Shown here: positions 1 to 7,871 of the stretch, in pieces
Numbering within the stretch: position 1 is the first letter of the stretch
How the letters are laid out: every line of letters begins with the position of its first letter
Origin: Terriglobia bacterium
GTDB lineage: Bacteria; Acidobacteriota; Terriglobia; JAJPHL01; JAPKYU01
Assembly (NCBI GenBank): GCA_965223005.1
Contig: CBDCVK010000002.1
Location: 288,001 to 352,000 of the forward strand
Direction of reading: 5' to 3'
DNA length: 64,000 bases
Notes under the pieces: model-generated
Databases searched by the model: none
What the model saw: the letters and a program-made list of their open reading frames with translations, nothing else
Told to the model about the DNA's origin: nothing
Program-made: the position numbers and the translations under genes

Positions 1-228
1 CTTAGCAATCTCCAGCATCGAGGGACTGAAATCTACGCCGGTAAAATGGTAGGACGAATCGAGTTTACATAGCTCTCGTGCCAATAGCCCCGTCCCCACG
101 CCAAGTTCAAGCACCCTTCTACGTTCGCCGATCGTGGCTTGAACGACTCTGGCCAACGATTCGTGATCGTAGTAGCCGGCACCCATCAACAGATCGTAGT
201 ATCGGGCGATGCTCTTGTACTGATTCAT
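1..228 (-). CDS. Class I SAM-dependent methyltransferase (5' part; runs off window edge)
   Basis: Not in ORF track. Manual translation from ATG 228: MNQYKSIARYYDLLMGAGYYDHESLARVVQATIGERRRVLELGVGTGLLARELCKLDSSYHFTGVDFSPSMLEIAK; motif I (VLELGVGTG) and GVDFSPSML; AAGGAG SD upstream. Confidence 0.85.
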   Translation of the reverse strand, partial: MNQYKSIARYYDLLMGAGYYDHESLARVVQATIGERRRVLELGVGTGLLARELCKLDSSYHFTGVDFSPSMLEIAK

Positions 229-422
229 GTCGTTCGACTCCTTCCGTGCATATGGCTGCAACTGCTCACAAAATTCAGAGGCTTCAGTTCCATTCGGGGA
301 CATGCGTCCGGAATCTCATGCGGACCGGCTGGTCCGCATATTTCCTGGTTCTCCCTGGGCTCTCCATTGAAAGAGCCTGCTCCATCTGGTCCAGAGGGCT
401 TTGACCCCTCGCCTGCCACGGT

Positions 423-791
423 TCAACACGTGTGTGTTGTCCCTCGTGGTCTACGTCCTTGTGCCTCAGCAGCTCGTTCACTGGCCAGGGCACCGTCTAT
501 CATCCTCCTCCTCACTTCGCGAGTCAAGGGAGCCCGCGCCGTTCTCCGCTCCTTGGCTGTCGCCGAGATATCGCCTTGTTCTTGCACTGCCCGTTTTCTC
601 TCCAACACCTTCAAACTCAGGCTCACCCGTATCTTCGAGGCGGAAGTGGGCCACGAAGTCACGAAGAGCCAATGATGGGGAAGCCCCCGGCGTTGGCAGT
701 TTCGCCCAGGGCCCCGATGGTTTCCGGTTTGTTGACGGTCCAGACAAAAGAACAATCACCGTTCCCCCACCGGCATGAGGTAGAGGGGCAT
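423..791 (-). pseudogene. Frameshifted hypothetical gene remnant
   Basis: GGAGGA SD + ATG at 791; protein-like segments in three frames (MPLYL / CRWGNGDCSFVW...GFPII / LRDFVAHFRLEDTGEPEFEGVGE). Confidence 0.35.
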
Positions 792-954
792 GACGCAGTT
801 CCTCCGACCCGATAGTATTCCTTTCTCCCAGGGGTCTGTCGAGCAGAGTGGGAAAGTACCACGAATTGGGCTCAAGGAGGGGCTTGCGACTGTTCGTGTA
901 GACATTGGTGTGGACAGAGGGAGTGTTAGGCCAACTATCGAATTGCTAAGCCAA

Positions 955-1009
955 AGAAAGGAATGGTGGACCTGGCCGGGTTCGAACCGGCGACCTCCTG
1001 ACTGCCAGT
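955..1009 (-). repeat. att-like duplication of tRNA-Ala 3' end
   Basis: 964-1009 is identical to 2714-2759 (46 bp, anticodon loop to CCA); match extends to 955-1009 vs 2705-2759 with one mismatch. Confidence 0.92.
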
Positions 1010-1400
1010 TCACTTGGCTCATGAATACGGACTGGTACCGAGTGTGCTGGAAGGCCTGTCTGTTGCGGGTTTCCTGCGACATCGCAAAGTCCGTGACGCT
1101 CCGTAGCAGTCCGTAATCTGTCGTATTCCAGCAGAGGTTGCGACACAATCCCCGACCGTGAGCCTGCCGTGGGGTAGGGCGCACAGGTGGTCTAGCCACC
1201 CCTCGATGGCGCGGATCCTGGGCCGCTGGCAACGGCACATCGCACCACGATCACACCGCATGCGAGGCTTCCGGCTCGCGGGCAGGGCGAGGGTCCTGAT
1301 GGTACCAGCCCGAGCCCGAATCTTGAAATTCGGAATGACATTTAGGAATATAAATGACGCCCGCTACGCCCATTGCCGTGGCTGGACTGCACTGCCGCCA

Positions 1401-1429
1401 TTGACAAGCCTGGAACCGCTCCTGATACT
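1401..1429 (+). promoter_or_regulatory. sigma70-type promoter of HU/IHF gene
   Basis: TTGACA-N17-GATACT; GAGGAGG SD at 1442-1448. Confidence 0.7.
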
Positions 1430-1455
1430 GAAAGACCGCGAGAGGAGGAACGCGC

Positions 1456-1722
1456 GTGATCAGAGCCGACATCGTGAGCGAGGTGGTAAGCCGCACCGGG
1501 ATCACCAAGACCAAGGCGGAGCAGGCTGTCGAAACCGTATTCGAAAGCATGAAGAAGGCCCTGGAGCGCGGCAACCGGATCGAGTTACGTGGCTTTGGAG
1601 TCTTCAACGTGAAGCCGCGTAAAACGGGCATCGGACGCAATCCCCGCACGGGCGACGTGGTCAACATCCGTCCGGGCAAGGCTGTTCGTTTCAAACCGGG
1701 CAAGCAGCTTCAGACTCTCTAG
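1456..1722 (+). CDS. HU/IHF family DNA-binding protein
   Basis: IELRGFGVF...GRNPRTG...VRFKPGK signature; strong SD; GTG start. Confidence 0.95.
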   Translation: MIRADIVSEVVSRTGITKTKAEQAVETVFESMKKALERGNRIELRGFGVFNVKPRKTGIGRNPRTGDVVNIRPGKAVRFKPGKQLQTL

Positions 1723-1830
1723 CTGGGAATTCCCTCTCCAGCTAAAGGCCCTGGAACCTTGAATGGCTTCTACAGCGTAATGCGCCCGAGCGTAATGCGC
1801 CCGAATCCGAGCAGGTATGGAGGTAAAGAA

Positions 1831-2145
1831 ATGGTTAGGTTGGTTGTCCTTTACCCTAACAAGCCCGGTGCGAAATTCGACCTCAAGTACTACACTGAGA
1901 CACACCTCAAGCTGGTCAGAGAGAAACTCAAGCCATTTGGATTAGTCCGGATCGACTTTGACAAAGGCGTTTCTGGATCGACTGCTGACGCACCCGCGCC
2001 CTTCCTGGTCATGGCAATGCTTTTATTCAATTCCATTGACGATTTGAAAAAGGGGTTGGGAGCACACGGCGAGGAGTTGAGAGCCGACATACCTAACTTC
2101 ACCGACATCAAGCCAGAGAGACAAGTAAACGAGGTCGTAAGCTAA
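1831..2145 (+). CDS. EthD family protein
   Basis: VLYP...FDLKYY...H...DIPNFTDIKP pattern; GGAGGT SD before ATG 1831. Confidence 0.85.
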   Translation: MVRLVVLYPNKPGAKFDLKYYTETHLKLVREKLKPFGLVRIDFDKGVSGSTADAPAPFLVMAMLLFNSIDDLKKGLGAHGEELRADIPNFTDIKPERQVNEVVS

Positions 2146-2439
2146 ATCTGCTGCGCCGCTTGAACCTCCCGGACTAAGCGGACCGGCCAGACTTGCCTTT
2201 CAGGTGACACGGTGGTGGAAAGTTCCACGTCTGTCTTCATTCGTCCGCTCCTCTTAATCGCGTCATCCGTTTCACGATGTCTGGAACGACTGTGAACCGA
2301 GGTTGCGGTTTTTATTCTGCGGACTTGATCGTGAAGCGAACCACGCAGTCGGATTCTGACGTGCCTCGCGATACGCAAAGATGGTGTTCACAGGATAATT
2401 CCGGGCAGACTTCACCGTAGCCGACAGTCTGCTCGGGTC

Positions 2440-2452
2440 TAAGTATCTGATT
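2440..2452 (-). promoter_or_regulatory. IHF-binding consensus site
   Basis: Minus strand AATCAGATACTTA matches WATCARNNNNTTR exactly. Confidence 0.5.
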
Positions 2453-2494
2453 ACAAGGCACTTGAATCAGATCCGGCGGATTCAAACTAGAGCA

Positions 2495-2580
2495 CTACCG
2501 AGCGTTCACAAGCTGGCGCAGGCTGCGGGCGAAGCGGTCGTACCTGTAGACCACCACCGCCATCCACGCGACGCTTGCGG
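2495..2580 (-). pseudogene. Serine recombinase (resolvase/invertase) fragment
   Basis: RKRRVD/+1 frameshift/AVVVYRYDRFARSLRQLVNAR*: the catalytic-domain DR.xRS motif; truncated. Confidence 0.75.
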
Positions 2581-2713
2581 ACGGCGCTCACGTCGCCCAG
2601 GAAGCGGGCGAGCCAAGTAGGGATGGGCGGTTTTCTCCCCCGCTTTTATTACCTGTTTGTTGCCTTTACCAAGGGAAGCCGAGAATGATAGTCATACAAA
2701 TTATAGAAAGGAT

Positions 2714-2789
2714 TGGTGGACCTGGCCGGGTTCGAACCGGCGACCTCCTGACTGCCAGTCAGGCGCGCTCCCAACTGCGCCACAGGCCC
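2714..2789 (-). tRNA. tRNA-Ala(GGC)
   Basis: 76-nt cloverleaf GGGCCTG...CAGGTCCACCA, G3:U70 pair, anticodon loop CTGGCAG, TTCGAAC T-loop, encoded CCA. Confidence 0.97.
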
Positions 2790-2814
2790 ATCTACGAGTT
2801 GCGGACAGCCGCCA

Positions 2815-3114
2815 TCAGACTGTAGCGCGCAGCAGCATTTTCTCGTCGTCTGACAAATTTTCTGCCACCTGTGTTGGTTTCCGATCGCGCGAGAGCCCGC
2901 CTCGGGGTCCCGGCCACCGCTGCATGTACCTCGGTGATATTACCACACTGCTGGGCCCGGCGATTCGTCCAACGGTAGAGGCATCGGCCCCAGACTCAGC
3001 CACGAGCGTTAGCATCGTATGCCTGAGAGAGTGAACCGCAAAGTCGTCCGGCAGATCTTAGGATTGCCTTTCTGTGAGAAGTTCCCGTACTTTGGCGTGT
3101 TGCTTATCGAAGGC
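2815..3114 (-). pseudogene. Tyrosine integrase C-terminal remnant
   Basis: AFDKQHAKVRELL...*DLPDDFAVHSLRHTMLTLVAESGADASTVGRIAGPSSVVISPRY; HxLR motif at 3019-3033, catalytic Tyr at 2926-2928, second His replaced by Pro, in-frame TAA at 3058-3060. Confidence 0.8.
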
Positions 3115-3266
3115 GCGCGCTGCTTAATCTTCATTCCCCGAGCACACTCTTGCTCCAAATATCATGATCCAACCCTATAACTAGTCTGCGCGCCATGCGT
3201 CTGGGGAGGCAACCTCACCCTCTTCAGTCATTGGCCTGTTGTAGGCAATTAACGCTTGAGACGTGA

Positions 3267-4235
3267 CTAAGGAAGGAGGAGGATTTTACCACTAGTCAGG
3301 CGCGACGCCAGGCGACGATGCGCCTCAGCAGCCTCCGCCAGAGGATAGGTTTCTCCGATGTGGACTTTCACCTTTCCCGAACTTACCCAGTCAAATACCT
3401 TCGAGGAGCGCTCAAGCAGCGCCTCTCGTGTTGCTATGTAGTTAACCAGGCTCGGTCGGGTCAGAAACAGGGAACCCTTGGCACCCAGCGTAAGCGGCTC
3501 GATGCCAGGCACTGGACCGCTGGCATTCCCGAAAAAGACCAACGTCCCAAGGGGCCGAAGACAATTCAGGCTCCCTTCCCAGGTTGCCTTTCCGACCGAG
3601 TCGTACACGACGTCCACGCCTCGTCCATCGGTAAGACGCTTGACCTCGGCGACGAAGTCTTGCTCAGTGTAGAGGATAACTTCGTCCGCGCCTGCTTGGC
3701 GGACACGCGCGGCTTTGTCTGGAGTCGAGCATGTGCCAATGACGCGCGCACCGCGCATTTTTGCCACCTGTACCAAAACCAGGCCCACACCACCGGCTGC
3801 TGCGTGGACCAGAGCGGTGTGGCCGTTCTTGAGCGGGAAGGTCGAATACGTCAGGTAGTGAACCGTCATGCCCTGCAGCATGACCGCTGCCGCCGTCCGG
3901 GCGTCGATTTCGTCCGGGAGCTTGACGAGCCTAGCGGCAGGAACCACGCTGTACTCCGCATAAGAACCGAGCACGCCGGTGCACGCGACGCGGTCCCCGG
4001 GCTGGAAGTCGGTGACTTCGGTGCCGACGGCCGTGATAACACCGGCTCCTTCCTGGCCGTTGGTAAACGGCAAGGTAGACTTATAAAGCCCGGTGCGAAA
4101 GTAAATATCGACGAAATTCACGCCGGCGGCTGCCGTTTTGACAACCGCGTCCTTCGGACCTGCCGAGAGATCGGGCACCTCTTCCAACCGAAGAACTTCG
4201 GGACCGCCAGTCTTGTGAACGCGAACCGCTTTCAT
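3267..4235 (-). CDS. qor: NADPH:quinone oxidoreductase (MDR family)
   Basis: GVNFVD, HAAAGGVG, VYDSVGK and GSLFLTRPSL motifs; start trimmed to MKAVRV. Confidence 0.92.
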   Translation of the reverse strand: MKAVRVHKTGGPEVLRLEEVPDLSAGPKDAVVKTAAAGVNFVDIYFRTGLYKSTLPFTNGQEGAGVITAVGTEVTDFQPGDRVACTGVLGSYAEYSVVPAARLVKLPDEIDARTAAAVMLQGMTVHYLTYSTFPLKNGHTALVHAAAGGVGLVLVQVAKMRGARVIGTCSTPDKAARVRQAGADEVILYTEQDFVAEVKRLTDGRGVDVVYDSVGKATWEGSLNCLRPLGTLVFFGNASGPVPGIEPLTLGAKGSLFLTRPSLVNYIATREALLERSSKVFDWVSSGKVKVHIGETYPLAEAAEAHRRLASRLTSGKILLLP

Positions 4236-4368
4236 TGGAATTCTGGTTTGAGCTTCGCCTACAAAAGCATACGCCAGCAGCCATGTCAAACCAAAACTCA
4301 GATCACCATGGCCCGTCCCGGATGGCATCGCCGCTCAGAATCGATTGCGTTAGTCCAAAACCTGCGCG

Positions 4369-4397
4369 TTGACTTGGCAGAGGGTGGGGCGTAACAT
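4369..4397 (+). promoter_or_regulatory. sigma70-type promoter
   Basis: TTGACT-N17-TAACAT upstream of the MBL gene. Confidence 0.55.
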
Positions 4398-4487
4398 GGC
4401 CATTCTCAATCTGGCCATCCGCAATCTACCCAAGCGAAGACCGGGCCGGCCAAGAGGCGCGGCTGCGCGCGCGCAAGGAGGGAACCT

Positions 4488-5357
4488 ATGAAAAACTCTG
4501 TCTTGATCATGCTCCTGTGGCTTCTTGTTCTCAGCACGGGCCCAGCAATGGCCCAGCGAGACTTCTCCAAGGTCGAGATCAAAGCTACCCATGTGAGAGG
4601 CAATATTTACATGTTGAATGGCACAGGTGGAAACATCGGGGCTTCGGTCGGCGCAGATGGGATTCTCATCGTCGACGACAAGTTCGCCCCGTTGGCGGAC
4701 AAAATCCGGGCGGCCCTGAGCGATATTGGTGGTGGCGAACTCAAATTCGTTCTCAATACTCACTTCCATGGTGATCACGCGGGTGGGAACGAGGTGTTTG
4801 GGCCAGAAGCTCCGATCATTGCTCATGCCAACGTTCGAAAACGCCTGATGACAAAGCCAAAAGCAGCTTGGCCCGTGATTACGTTCGATGAATCTCTGTC
4901 GGTTCACTTCAACGGCGAGGAAATCAAGGCAATCCACTTTCCTCATGGGCATACGGATGGCGATACTGTCATGTTCTTCACCGGATCGAACGTCGTCCAC
5001 ATGGGGGATGATTTTTTCGTCGGACGATTCCCGTTCGTTGACCTGGACGCTGGCGGAGACGTCGAGGGTCTCATCGGGAATATTGAAGCGGTGATCCGCC
5101 AACTTCCCGCCGATGTGAAGATCATTCCGGGGCACGGGGCGATTGCCACGGCGAATGATCTAAAAACCTATCATCGCATGCTGGTTGAGACGACCGGCGT
5201 CATTCGGCAGCGGATGGCTGCGGGGAAAAGCGTCGATCAAATCAAGGCGCAAGGACTGCCCGAGAAATGGGAGCCGTGGGGTGCTGGGTTTATTTCAACC
5301 GACCGATGGATTGAGACCATTCACCGGAGTCTCTCTCGGAAAAGGATCAATCAGTAA
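4488..5357 (+). CDS. Secreted MBL-fold metallo-hydrolase
   Basis: Signal peptide; THFHGDH, GHTDGD, HMGD, IPGHG; AAGGAGG SD. Confidence 0.9.
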   Translation: MKNSVLIMLLWLLVLSTGPAMAQRDFSKVEIKATHVRGNIYMLNGTGGNIGASVGADGILIVDDKFAPLADKIRAALSDIGGGELKFVLNTHFHGDHAGGNEVFGPEAPIIAHANVRKRLMTKPKAAWPVITFDESLSVHFNGEEIKAIHFPHGHTDGDTVMFFTGSNVVHMGDDFFVGRFPFVDLDAGGDVEGLIGNIEAVIRQLPADVKIIPGHGAIATANDLKTYHRMLVETTGVIRQRMAAGKSVDQIKAQGLPEKWEPWGAGFISTDRWIETIHRSLSRKRINQ

Positions 5358-5426
5358 AACGTTTACGCAATAAACGTCTGCGCGGGAAGCTTTGGTAGGA
5401 AAGACACATCGCTGCCTCACTTACGA

Positions 5427-7865
5427 GTGCTACCCCGATCCTTAGGAGATGCGTGTCGAGTTGTGGAGTGGGCACATCCCATAGCCTCTAGAGTTTCACT
5501 GCACAGACGGGTTTCTCACTTTGTCGTAGTTCATCTCTTGCCCGAGCGTTCCGCCACCGAAAGGTGGTGGGTCAGAGCGTCTTCCCGGTTGCTCGCTTGT
5601 TGCTTCTTGACTCTCGGACCACCTTTGTGGGCGCAGGACGACGCGGCGCGGGTGCGAACCTTGCCCCAGATGACAGCCTATCGACTCGACGCAGCTCCAC
5701 GGGTCGATGGCTTGGTGGACGAGGAGTGGATGCGGATGGAGCCAGCGACCGATTATGTCCAGCAACTCCCCGATGAGGGGCAACCCGCAACAGAACGCAC
5801 GGAAGTGCGGATCGGTTACACGCAAGACACGCTCTATGTTGCTGTGATCTGTTTTGACTCGGAGCCGGAATCCATCGTCTCTACTCAAGCACGGCGGGAT
5901 GGCTTGCTGGAAGAGACCGACTCCTTTGCAATGTTGCTCGATACTTATAACGACAATCAGAATGGGTACATCTTCGCTACGACCCCCTCCGGCATTGAAT
6001 ATGACGCTCAGATCGTTCACGGAGGCCAGAGTCGAGGTACCGGTGGACCGGTCCGGGCTGGCGGAGGCGGGGGGAGCGGGTTCGGCGGCGCGCAGCGAGG
6101 TGGGGCTTCATCCTTTAACCTAAATTGGGACGGGGTATGGAAGGTTCGGACGCAGGTCACCACACGGGGTTGGGAAGCCGAATTTGCCATCCCCTTTCGC
6201 ACGCTTCGTTATGATTCGGGGTCAGGTCAGGTGTGGGGTGTTAATTTCAGACGCAACGTTCGCCGAAAAAATGAGCAGAGTTTTTGGGCCCCGGTCTCGC
6301 GAGGCTTTCAACTCCACCGCGTTTCTCTGGCAGGTGAGCTACACGGCCTGGACGTTCGATTCCGACGCAATCTCCAGATTATTCCCTTTCTCATCGGCGG
6401 CCTCCAACAGGACTTCTCGCAGGGTCCAGCCCGGAACGAAGCGGTCGGCGATATTGGTGTGGATCTAAAGTACACCTTGACCTCCAGCCTTACCCTGGAC
6501 GCAACCGTTAACACCGACTTTTCACAGGTGGAGGTGGACGAGGAACAGATCAACTTAACTCGGTTTGACCTTTTCTTTCCTGAAAAGCGTTCCTTCTTTT
6601 TGGAAAATGCCGGCTATTTTAATGTGGGGACGCCTCGCGAAGTGGAACTTTTCTTCAGCCGCCGGATTGGGATCGACCCCTCGGAAGTTCAGATCCCTAT
6701 TCTGGGAGGTGTTCGAGTGTCAGGCAAACACCGGCGGTACAACATCGGCTTCCTCAACATGCAAACGGAAGCCGAAGCAGGAATAGCGCCGGGAAACAAC
6801 TTCACCGTTGCCCGGCTGGCGCGGGAATTCGGGACTCGGAGCTCGATAGGAGTGCTAGCCATCAATAAAAGTGCCACCGGTGGAGAAGCTGGTTCAACTT
6901 TTACTAATAGGTTTAACCGAACGTTTGGGGTGGACGCCAACGTTGGGCTGGGTAAGCACCTGACCCTCTTTAATTATGTGGCAAAAACTCAGACGCCTGG
7001 CGTGCAGGGTCGCGATCATGCAGCCAGTTCGGAGGCTAGATACGATTCAGACTTGCTGGACTGGCAAGCGGGCTACACAGAGGTCGCCGAGGACTTTAAT
7101 CCAGAGGTAGGGTTTGTCCGTCGGGTGGGCTATCGGAAGCCCTCCTACGCCGTTTTTTTCAGCCCCCGTCCCAAGAATAGCCGCCTGATTCGAAGGTTTT
7201 GGCCCCACCATTCCTGGCGGGGCTTTTACCGGTTCGATGGCGAACCGGAGTCCGTGTTCCGCCATAACGACTTTCGAGTTTTCTTCCAGAATGGAAGCTC
7301 CGTCGGGCTGGCTTACAATCAAAATCTTGAACAAATTTTCGAACCTTTTGAGATCTCCCCTGCAGTGATCTTGCCCGTGAGGACATACAAATTCAACAAT
7401 TGGGTTCTCACTGCCGAATCGGACGAGAGCGCACGTTTGTTTGCCGGGGCTGACTATTCCTGGGGAGAGTTTTACTCGGGCCACATCAAGACGCTCAATC
7501 TCAGGACCGGAATTCGCTCCACAGACAAATTCCTGCTTTCCACACGCTACATTCGCAATGACGTCACCTTGCCGGTGGGCGACTTCACCACTCATCTTGC
7601 AATCCTTCAGTTTAACTACTCCTTTACGCCTAAGAGCTACATCCAGTCTCTTATCCAATACAACAGTACAATCAATCAGATTGGGGCCAATATCCGTTTC
7701 GCGTTGCTACGAACCAGCAACACGGGGCTCTTCGTGGTCTATACCACCCGGTTCGATACCACTGGCTTTGACCCTCATGACGGCCCTCTCTTAACCCCCC
7801 GAAGCCGCCGCCACACCCTGGATCGCGCCCTGATCGCCAAGTTCACGTATTTGTTCGATTTTTAA
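5427..7865 (+). CDS. DUF5916 / CBM9-like exported protein (start uncertain)
   Basis: GWEAEFAIPFRTLRY, NTDFSQVEVD...NLTRFDLFFPEKRSFFLE, LFFSRRIG; C-terminal aromatic residue. Confidence 0.8.
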   Translation: MLPRSLGDACRVVEWAHPIASRVSLHRRVSHFVVVHLLPERSATERWWVRASSRLLACCFLTLGPPLWAQDDAARVRTLPQMTAYRLDAAPRVDGLVDEEWMRMEPATDYVQQLPDEGQPATERTEVRIGYTQDTLYVAVICFDSEPESIVSTQARRDGLLEETDSFAMLLDTYNDNQNGYIFATTPSGIEYDAQIVHGGQSRGTGGPVRAGGGGGSGFGGAQRGGASSFNLNWDGVWKVRTQVTTRGWEAEFAIPFRTLRYDSGSGQVWGVNFRRNVRRKNEQSFWAPVSRGFQLHRVSLAGELHGLDVRFRRNLQIIPFLIGGLQQDFSQGPARNEAVGDIGVDLKYTLTSSLTLDATVNTDFSQVEVDEEQINLTRFDLFFPEKRSFFLENAGYFNVGTPREVELFFSRRIGIDPSEVQIPILGGVRVSGKHRRYNIGFLNMQTEAEAGIAPGNNFTVARLAREFGTRSSIGVLAINKSATGGEAGSTFTNRFNRTFGVDANVGLGKHLTLFNYVAKTQTPGVQGRDHAASSEARYDSDLLDWQAGYTEVAEDFNPEVGFVRRVGYRKPSYAVFFSPRPKNSRLIRRFWPHHSWRGFYRFDGEPESVFRHNDFRVFFQNGSSVGLAYNQNLEQIFEPFEISPAVILPVRTYKFNNWVLTAESDESARLFAGADYSWGEFYSGHIKTLNLRTGIRSTDKFLLSTRYIRNDVTLPVGDFTTHLAILQFNYSFTPKSYIQSLIQYNSTINQIGANIRFALLRTSNTGLFVVYTTRFDTTGFDPHDGPLLTPRSRRHTLDRALIAKFTYLFDF

Positions 7866-7871
7866 CCCAGG

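Larger units (their letters stand above)
955..2759. mobile_element. Defective 1,750-bp integrated islet at tRNA-Ala
   Basis: Flanked by direct repeats of the tRNA 3' end; contains a resolvase remnant; no intact integrase. Confidence 0.75.

Noticed and set aside
964-1009. Second tRNA-Ala gene
   Set aside because: Only the 3' 46 nt are present; no D-arm or 5' acceptor strand. It is an att remnant.
1160-1261. Possible IS200-like transposase remnant (IRAIEGWLDHL)
   Set aside because: Only a faint resemblance; the HUH motif is incomplete.
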